IMG/VR virus record: IMGVR_UViG_3300028833_000119
Span: 21,214 to 85,213 of that record
From: a virus
Taxonomy: Duplodnaviria; Caudoviricetes
Reading direction: 5' to 3' (one strand)
DNA length: 64,000 nt
In this document: in pieces, positions 34,290 through 41,915 of the stretch
Position numbering within the stretch: the stretch's first letter is position 1
How the letters are laid out: every line of letters starts with the position of its first letter
Translations under genes and position numbers: made by a program
The notes under the pieces: model-generated
Databases searched by the model: none
Told to the model about the DNA's origin: nothing
What the model saw: only the letters and a program-made list of their open reading frames with translations

Positions 34290-34695
34290 AGTTTACAGTG
34301 AACTTTCATACATGCCGCTGAGTGAGGAAAGAGTCGTCCAGAAACTCATTCGCGACAGGTCGGTATAGGACCAATCTTTCTGGCCCATGTTTGATCCGTC
34401 CGGTATATTGAGCACGGACGGCGTGTTTGCGCTGAACGAGGACGTACTGTGTATTTATGCGGACCTTGATTCGCTGATTGAGCGAGCGGGATTAAGTGAG
34501 CAGGAGCGCCTGACAGTGGACCTGCTGATGCAGGGATACACGCTTCCGGACATTGCTGACCATTACGGGAAGTCAAGGCAGAACTTCGAGCTTTTTCTGA
34601 AGAAGGCTTGCAAGAAGATTGTAAAGCGCAACAATGCCGACTGGGAAGAATGCACGGGTGCGCGGATCGACGACGGCGAGTGGGAGAGTGAATAA
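34279..34695 (+). CDS. Sigma70 region-4-like HTH regulator containing an in-frame TAG (34366-34368)
   Basis: Frame open from GTG 34279/ATG 34312 except for one TAG; C-terminus 'GLSEQERLTVDLLMQGYTLPDIADHYGKSRQ..KACKKI'. Confidence 0.65.
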
Positions 34696-34698
34696 TAT

Positions 34699-34860
34699 AT
34701 GTGGTTAACAATACTTGCGGCGAGCAGCTGGTGTCTGTTTGCGTATATGGTACCGGTTGTCTGTGCGATTGTGTGGATACGCAGGCGCCGTGACAAGACT
34801 GAAATAATCCAGGAAGGGGACTGGATGTCGGATGACGGCATGCCGGTGGATGAAGAATGA
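34699..34860 (+). CDS. Small membrane protein
   Basis: 53-aa ORF with hydrophobic N-half. Confidence 0.55.
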   Translation: MWLTILAASSWCLFAYMVPVVCAIVWIRRRRDKTEIIQEGDWMSDDGMPVDEE

Positions 34861-35126
34861 CGAGTTATGAGTTTGAAGTTGCGGCGAAGAATGCCGTGAT
34901 TGAAATGCTGGCGAAGCGCGGGATTGACGCGAAGATTGAAGACTTGCAGCTGACGTGGTTTACACATTTGCTTGGAAACAAGAAGTGTATGATCTGGGGA
35001 GAGCCGATGGCGAATCTATATGCGGAGATCACGTATGCGCGTGACAGCCAGATAACGTATTGTGATCTTTACCAGAAGCTGGATCATATGGATCTGCACG
35101 ATTGGGAACTGGATTTTGAAGCGTGA
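34857..35126 (+). CDS. Conserved phage protein (DUF6275-like)
   Basis: 'LTWFTHLLGNKKCMI..YAEITY..YCDLYQK' resembles that family as I recall it. Confidence 0.5.
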   Translation: MTSYEFEVAAKNAVIEMLAKRGIDAKIEDLQLTWFTHLLGNKKCMIWGEPMANLYAEITYARDSQITYCDLYQKLDHMDLHDWELDFEA

Positions 35127-35133
35127 TATATAT

Positions 35134-35439
35134 GGGGTAGGCAAGAACAGGGAGGTCTGGGCGTGTGTAGGCGAGCGCGTAGCTGAAGCGGCAGACTGAT
35201 AAATGCCAAGAAGAAAATACAGCCCGTACGTCAGAACACATCGGGGCCAACCCGACGGGATTCGGAGGACGCAAGTGCCGAAGATAAACCTGACACAAGG
35301 CGTTTTGACATCTGACAGGGATGCGTGTGATTAAGTGGCGGTGGAGAAAGATCGGTACGATAAAGCGCCGGCGCGACTGCACACCCCCATATCTTTCAAA
35401 AAACCTGACAAGCACGAGGAGGTTAAGGCTACTGCACCA
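35134..35439 (+). ncRNA. Divergent tmRNA-like RNA
   Basis: 5' GGGGUAG pairs with 3' CUACUGC-A-CCA (G3:U70 wobble, G2:G71 mismatch); helix-2-like pairings; UA at -5/-4 of a GCC resume codon; T-arm non-canonical. Confidence 0.4.
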
Positions 35440-35466
35440 GGCAGCTTTTTCAGTCGTGCGTATCGA

Positions 35467-35526
35467 AAGACGCTAACAGCAAAAATTATACAATAACAAT
35501 TGGAATGTTACTATGCATGCGTCTTG
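35467..35526 (+). ncRNA. AAGACGC-RCAGCAA stem element, copy A
   Basis: AAGACGC/GCGTCTT closing stem, TAACAGCAA, internal TAACA-ATTGGAA-TGTTA stem-loop. Confidence 0.55.
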
Positions 35527-35550
35527 TTATTTTATATCGGAGGTGCTTAT

Positions 35551-38370
35551 ATGCTTTGCTGGAACGTTTATGTAAGTGACTTTAATTCCGGCAGGATTAA
35601 ACCTTATAACATCTTTCAGCACTACGGGTTTTATAACGAGTGCGTGAAAGCGAAGAAAAAACACAAAGACGACAAAGAAGGTTTTGGAAAAGACGTGCAT
35701 GGCTGGCTGATGTATTACTTCTGGTCGAAATGTGAATGGGAAGTCATCCTGGACCACTGGCCGTCCGGCGAGTTTTATAACATGCGCAAAGTGCTGACGC
35801 TGGAGGAAATGTACCATGACCTGAAGTATCCGGAAGACAAACTGTTCAGCGCGCCTGATAGGCGGTTCGAGATCCGCGTATTTCCGGAACACAACCGGTT
35901 CAGGGAAGAAAAGATTGACGTTTTTGCCCAAGTGGAAAACAACTGGGATATTTTTATTGATTGGCTATGGGATCACCGCAGTGAGTTGAAAGCGAGAAAA
36001 TAATATGGCGAAGAAAGAAGTAATGCTTGGTGTGCCGGATAGTCCGGAAGTTGAAAATGAAATAAGTTTGTTGGAGCATCGTGCTATTTTGTTTGGGTTC
36101 CCGGAGCATGCTGTCGAGATTGAGATTCAGGCGAAGGTTTTCGAAAACGGAGAACTGCTGAACGTAACAAAAAAAATGGATATGGATGAGATCCGCGAAG
36201 CTTTCCGGAAAGCGGATGACGGTTATGTTGATGATGATGATAGATTTGTGATTACCGATAAAGGAATTGCATATCTGGAAGAACACAATCAGCCCACTTA
36301 AAATCAATACAATTTTATAAGTAATGATAAGTAGATGAGTATTTACCCATCTCGTTTACCGGAGGTTCACTGACCATACTATTATTAATGGGGTGATCAT
36401 ACAAAATGAAGGCGAATCGATATGCGCGGAAGCGCCGGCACAAACGTGAGCTTGAGAAGAAATATGCGAAGAAGTATGCGTATGGTTCCGGACAATATGA
36501 TGTTCAATGGTTGCGTGAAAAGTTGCGGCGTGAAGCCCAGGAAGACAACTGGTGGATTCGAAGGCATCCTCCAAAGAATAATGGTTGGGAGTACTGGAGG
36601 ACATATTCCCTGTCCGGCAGGCGCGGATATGCAAAGAAATATTCAGACAAATGTATCCGGCAGAAGTACAGGCAAATGATCAAGTGCATTGATCCGGAGG
36701 ATGTGATTGCGATGAGGGGCGCTGATTATGAAAAAGAGTATGACTATTCGTGGACGATTTGGTAAATGGCGTGAGAAGCGCATGATAATCCGGAAGAACA
36801 AGGAACTGTGTGAGCGGTTCCCTTTTTTGATACCATGGCACAGGTTTACTGGCGAACGTTTCGTACAGCTGGACAGGCACGGAAAAATGAAAGCTGTTCA
36901 TGACTATGACTGGTCGTATACAGAACTTGACAGTATGCCGGATGGGTGGCGCAAAGCATTCGGAATGAAGATGTGCGAAGAAATCCGCGAAGAACTGATC
37001 AAGTGGAATGATCTTGACCGCTGGCAGATTATTGAGATGAAAGAGAAATACGGGCAGCTGCGTATTTATGACAACGGCATAAAGATTGGATGTCGTATTC
37101 ATGATATCGAGAGAAAATACGAACAGATCAGCGAGCGCACATGCATCGTGTGCGGTGCGCCTGCAACAAAGATGACGCTTGGATGGATTTCGCCGTACTG
37201 CGACAAATGCTGTCCGGAAGAGTACAGCGAGCCGATCGGCAAATATTTAAAGGGGGAAGATACAATTGTCTAATGAAATACAGGTAACTGAAAAGATGGC
37301 AAAGTTTATTGACTGGGTGACCAGCCTTGGCGAAGATGAGGTGCGTAAACGCATCCGGGATAAAATTAATGAAATCAAAAACCTGCCGCCGAACGTGCGC
37401 GACCGGGACGGTTATTACTGGGATATCCGGCTTGAGCCGAACGATGGGAATGATCAGTACAAACACGGCGGCGACTGCAATCTGTGTAAACGGCTGAAGT
37501 ATTGCGGGACAAAGTGCGGAGCAAATAAGGTTTTGAAGAAAATTACAACGCCTTATCTGTACCAGATGTATATTGACGAAAACCCGGAAGTTGCCGCAGA
37601 AGAGGCAGCTGGTCGGATTACACCGGATGATATGTTGAAGATTGTGGGTGCGGACGATGGACAGCAGCCTGTTCTTTGATGATATTACATGGTGCATGAA
37701 AAGCGATTGTCCTATGAGGACATGCAGAAGGAACTCCGTGAACATGATCGATCGCACAGGACTTCATTCGTTCGCGATATTCAAAGGAACGGCAGACTGT
37801 CCGATCAGCCAGTCCCTGGACGAGTGCATGGACGGATGCCTTTACGCAAAAGAGTGCTTCGCAAAACACGACGATCCGGATGAGGCTTTGAGGGTGCTGG
37901 TGGAAGAATACTGTGACGACTGTATGTTTTCTTCTGCGGAGGAAGATTAATGAAAGAGATTATTACTGAAAAGCAAATGAAGGATGCGTTCAGGGTTGCG
38001 TATGATTTTATGAACAAACATAATTCAATCCTGCATGAAGCGGATGAGTATACCCGTACGGTTAACGAGATTTATGGGGTTGCAAAGACATACGGTGTTA
38101 ATCCTTTGATGATGCGCCTGGTTGTTGCATGCTACGAATTTATCTGCGACAAGTCATTTGCAATTCGTTCACAGGAGGGAAAAGATGACACCTGAAGAAC
38201 TTCTTGAAGATCTTGAGACATGCACAGGGCCTTGCGGACGGATGTGTATGTCATGTCCGGAAAGCAGGTATGTTGCAGAAATCCGCGAAGTGCTTGTAAC
38301 GCTTATGGATGAAAACAAGAAATTGCGCGAGGCGCTCAGAGGATATACAGGGGAGGTTGATTTTTTATGA
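35551..38370 (+). CDS. Eight middle-region hypothetical ORFs (35551-36003, 36005-36301, 36406-36765, 36782-37273, 37266-37679, 37657-37950, 37950-38195, 38185-38370)
   Basis: Abutting ORFs; 36782-37273 carries 'EMKEKYGQLRIY..CIVCG..YCDKC'. Confidence 0.72.
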
Positions 38371-38518
38371 TCAGTGCATGGTGGCTGCTGTTGATTGTTC
38401 CCGCGTCGGCGTTGTTGGGTATTTTTTGTATCGCTTTATGTTCGGCATCGAGGACAGATGACTGACATGCTTGCATATTTGCCGATTTATTTAATTATAT
38501 AAGAGGGAAGGGATTATA

Positions 38519-39202
38519 TTGGCGACAGGACATAAAATTATCGAACCTTCCGGCAGGACTTCTGTTGCGATGATCGATAACCATGAAAGTGCCGTTGCGT
38601 ATGTGAACGGCATATAGGAGAAGTGGTCCGGTTATTGCGATAAAAATTGGTTGAACGATTCCGGTGATGTGTATACGCCGGAATTGAAGATCAAGTATTT
38701 TCTTGACGGACTTGCTTATTTGCTGCTGATCGGAAACACGGATGGCATAGAAACGAACTATAAACGTGTGATGAATGCGAAGCGTGAGATTCCGGCGTCA
38801 AGCTGTCCGAGTGAAATCGAGAACCTGTTGTATGGAACCGGATGCTCGACGGATTACGCAGAGGAAGAGGAAGCCCAGTTCCGGGATATGCTGGACAGGC
38901 TTGACAGCAAAGCGGAGCCTTATGAATGCAGGAAAACAAAACGAGACAGGAAATGCAGCCTGTTTGCGAAGAAACTGCAGAAAGGCATACCGGACGGAGA
39001 CTGGTATCTTGTTGATACGGAAGGAAGATTCAGGGTCGGCGACCAATGCTATATTATCGAGGATAACGCTGTACAGTACCAGCCGGTCCAGACGGAGTAC
39101 GGCAATTATTACGCGATGGATAAAGTCCTGTATGCTGGCGGCAAATTCTACGATATGAATTATGACGAAGTGATTGTCCTTCAAGTCGGGACGGAGACGT
39201 AA
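38519..39202 (+). CDS. Hypothetical protein containing an in-frame TAG (38615-38617)
   Basis: TTG start after GAGGGAAGG RBS; 32 sense codons, TAG, then continuous frame into track ORF 38651-39202, which has no RBS of its own. Confidence 0.65.
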
Positions 39203-39215
39203 AACCCGTCTGCAT

Positions 39216-39322
39216 AAGACGCACACAGCAAACCATATACATATTAAAAACTTCTTAATAATAGTTTTCCGGCAACGCCTCCTGACAGTGCGGACCAGTG
39301 CCGGCCTTTTTATTGCGTCTTG
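39216..39322 (+). ncRNA. AAGACGC-RCAGCAA stem element, copy D
   Basis: AAGACGC-ACACAGCAA ... GCGTCTTG with two internal hairpins (including CCGGCA/TGCCGG). Confidence 0.55.
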
Positions 39323-39328
39323 TCTTAT

Positions 39329-39402
39329 TGCCTGTTAGCTCAGTCCGGAAGAGCGTCGCACTGTTAATGCGAATGTCACAGGATCGAAGCCTGTACAGGC
39401 AG
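39329..39402 (+). tRNA. tRNA-Asn (GTT)
   Basis: TGCCTGT/ACAGGCA acceptor, GCTC/GAGC D-arm, TCGCA-CTGTTAA-TGCGA, ACAGG-ATCGAAG-CCTGT; CCA not encoded. Confidence 0.9.
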
Positions 39403-39500
39403 CGAATTGCGGTATAAGTTTTCGGACTTATATCTGGGTGGCCGGATGCGTCCGGCTTCCTGCACCAAGCTGTGCGAAACATCCGCCGAACGGCGGACAT

Positions 39501-39580
39501 GGCCGTGTATGCAAAATGGAAAAGCAGTGGCTTCTAAACCCATGGAATTATTCTGGGTTCGACTCCCAGCTCGGCCACCA
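39501..39580 (+). tRNA. tRNA with CUA anticodon (amber suppressor candidate; Leu- or Tyr-like body)
   Basis: GGCCGTG/CTCGGCC, TGC/GCA D-arm, GTGG(C)-TTCTAAA-(C)CCAT, 9-nt variable region, CTGGG-TTCGACT-CCCAG, A-CCA encoded. Confidence 0.75.
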
Positions 39581-39643
39581 AAGACGCTTGCAGCAAACTT
39601 GAAGCATCAGACTGTTAATCTGAAGAAGCTAATCGGCGTCTTG
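39581..39643 (+). ncRNA. AAGACGC-RCAGCAA stem element, copy B, with Asn anticodon arm
   Basis: AAGACGC-TTGCAGCAA..TCAGA-CTGTTAA-TCTGA..GCGTCTTG. Confidence 0.6.
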
Positions 39644-39653
39644 CTACATTTTG

Positions 39654-39715
39654 AAGACCCATACAGCAAACAACTGATGAAGCTACAGAGGATGATGAGC
39701 AGAAAGCGGGTCTTG
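39654..39715 (+). ncRNA. AAGACCC-RCAGCAA stem element, copy C
   Basis: AAGACCC-ATACAGCAA ... GGGTCTTG (compensatory change in the stem). Confidence 0.6.
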
Positions 39716-39735
39716 GATATTTCAGCCAAGAGGAA

Positions 39736-40956
39736 GTGAAGGGATTGAGCAGGTCTATTGAATCGCTCAATGTAAAGGAAAAAGCGAGCCTTGTCCAGGA
39801 GATGCTGGACAAGAAAACCGGGGTTTTGGATAAAGACTGGTGCGACATGGTCATGGATTACGATCTGGATTGTAATCCGGAAACCCTGCGGAAAGCCGGG
39901 GTCGGCGTAAAGCTTGCAAGCGACGCAGGAATGTGTTTCCCGATTGACGGCGCTGTAACCCGCGACGTTATGGATGGTTATGTTGAGCGCCAGAAACTCT
40001 ATGACCTTCAACGCGGAATCAGGAAAGACCTGCGCGAACAATCCAGAAGCGAGCTGCTTCGGGAGATGATCTGCAACGCGATTAAAGCGCTGCCGAAGAT
40101 CAATGTGTCTGTATGCCAGGAGAGAGTTGAACATGAAGCCGACAGAAGCCGCGAGCTGGTTGTCGGGATCGGTGATTTCCATTACGGCGCCAGGTTTACG
40201 GTGGAAGGCCTGTACGGCGAGGTGCTGAATACGTATGATCCGTATGTGTTTGATGAACGGATGGGAATGCTGATTCACGAGGTTAAACAGATTGCGAAAA
40301 CACACAAACCGGAAATGATTACCGTGATGATTGTTGGCGATATGCTGGACGGAATGATTCATACATCGCAGCTGACGAGGCTTGAATACGGCGTTGTCGA
40401 GAGCGCGATGCGGCTCAGTGAATATCTTGCGCAGTGGCTTGCCGAACTGAATCGCGAGACAGGCGTCCCGGTTCGTGTGTACGCTGTCCGTGGAAACCAC
40501 GGCGAGATCAGGCCGCTCGGAACCAAGGCAGGACAGTTCCCGGAGGAAAACCTGGAGCGGGTTGTTATGCATTACCTGGCCATGCGTTTTGAGGACAACG
40601 ACGTTATCCTCGTAATGGACGATGACGCGCCGATGAGCCGCGTTGTTGATGTGCTGGACTACAACTTCCTGCTGCTCCATGGACAGGGAAACGACATTGA
40701 AACAATCGCCCGTGACTGCCAGACACTCTATAATAAGAAGATAGATGTGTTTATGGTCGGGCATTTACATAAAAACCAGACGTTCACCGCAGGAATGGGA
40801 CGGAACGGCAATGTGCTGATCGAGCGGATCCCGAGCCTGTGCGGAATGGATCCCTACGCGCAAAGCAAAGGATACGGGTCTCCGCCAGGTGCGACTGTGA
40901 TCGTGATGGAAAAAGGATACGGACGCAAGTGTGTGTATCCGATTGTATTAAGCTAA
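39736..40956 (+). CDS. Calcineurin-like metallophosphoesterase
   Basis: Motifs 'GDFHYG', 'VGDMLDG', 'RGNHGE', 'HG', 'GHLH'. Confidence 0.85.
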   Translation: MKGLSRSIESLNVKEKASLVQEMLDKKTGVLDKDWCDMVMDYDLDCNPETLRKAGVGVKLASDAGMCFPIDGAVTRDVMDGYVERQKLYDLQRGIRKDLREQSRSELLREMICNAIKALPKINVSVCQERVEHEADRSRELVVGIGDFHYGARFTVEGLYGEVLNTYDPYVFDERMGMLIHEVKQIAKTHKPEMITVMIVGDMLDGMIHTSQLTRLEYGVVESAMRLSEYLAQWLAELNRETGVPVRVYAVRGNHGEIRPLGTKAGQFPEENLERVVMHYLAMRFEDNDVILVMDDDAPMSRVVDVLDYNFLLLHGQGNDIETIARDCQTLYNKKIDVFMVGHLHKNQTFTAGMGRNGNVLIERIPSLCGMDPYAQSKGYGSPPGATVIVMEKGYGRKCVYPIVLS

Positions 40957-41048
40957 CGGTTGATATCAGAGCTGAATGAAGCTCGCCCGGGGAGATGCCT
41001 GCATCATCCCGGGTTTCTTTTTAATTACAGGAAACAGAGGTTTGAAGG

Positions 41049-41915
41049 ATGCCGAAAAAGAAAACGCCGGCAAAGCTGTGCGTCCGGTGCAACCGCATCC
41101 TGCCGCTGGAAAAGTTCAGCCCGAACAAACTCTGGGCTTCCCAGCAGTACAGGGATGCCTGGTGCACAGAATGCGCAAAAGAGTTTTGCAAAGATGAAGA
41201 AACAGTAAAGCGGTACTGCTTCGAGAACAACAGGAAATTTAAAGAAGTTGCATGGGAAGCCGCAAGGAAGAAAGCGGCATACGACCTGAACAACAACAAA
41301 GTATACCTTAATCCAATGACCACTCCGGAAAAGAAAAAAGAAGAGGAAGCCTTGGCACAAGCCAAGGCTTTTTTTAGTTTGAAGAACAGCAACTACGCTT
41401 ATGAGTACGAAGAGAACATCCATGTTGCGGACTCTACACAGGATGAAGTTGTGCATGAGTTTGTAGATGATAAGAACAAGCCTTATTATGACAAGATATG
41501 GCAGGGCTGGTTCACGCCGGAGCAGGTTGAGTGGATGAATGAAAAGTATGTACAGTATTCAGAAGACTTTGTCCTTGACAACATCAATATGCAGGACTAT
41601 ACGCGCAAGGTAATCAAGGCGTCACTGAATGCCGACCTTGCGGAGGACAGGATGCGTCGTGGGCAGGGGACTCCTGATGAGTACATGAAAGCGCAGAAAA
41701 TTTTTGATGACCTCAGCAAGAGTTCAAACTTTGCGGCTTGCCGGAGAAAACCCGGCGAGAGCACAGGTATGGGATCTCTTGGTGAAATTATCCTAAAGCT
41801 TGAGACACAGGGTTACCTTGATGAGAATCCTTATACGTTCCCTGATGATGATATCGACAAGGTGATTCAGGCTTATCAGTATACACTCGAATCAATCGGG
41901 ATGGATATCAGATAA
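41049..41915 (+). CDS. Probable terminase small subunit-like protein
   Basis: N-terminal CxxC..CxxC; directly upstream of and overlapping the large terminase. Confidence 0.5.
   Translation: MPKKKTPAKLCVRCNRILPLEKFSPNKLWASQQYRDAWCTECAKEFCKDEETVKRYCFENNRKFKEVAWEAARKKAAYDLNNNKVYLNPMTTPEKKKEEEALAQAKAFFSLKNSNYAYEYEENIHVADSTQDEVVHEFVDDKNKPYYDKIWQGWFTPEQVEWMNEKYVQYSEDFVLDNINMQDYTRKVIKASLNADLAEDRMRRGQGTPDEYMKAQKIFDDLSKSSNFAACRRKPGESTGMGSLGEIILKLETQGYLDENPYTFPDDDIDKVIQAYQYTLESIGMDIR

Noticed and set aside
34318-34350. CTGAGTGA..GAAAC hammerhead-like pattern
   Set aside because: Core spacing is wrong, and the stretch reads as the coding N-terminus of the TAG-containing gene
39531-39538. Reading the 39501 tRNA as tRNA-Arg(TCT)
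   Set aside because: That register leaves G:A and U:C mismatches in the anticodon stem; the CUA register gives four contiguous pairs
39674-39710. CTGATGA...GAAA resembling a hammerhead ribozyme core inside element C
   Set aside because: Stem II would need extra unpaired A's on both sides, and no stem III/I or cleavage triplet can be formed
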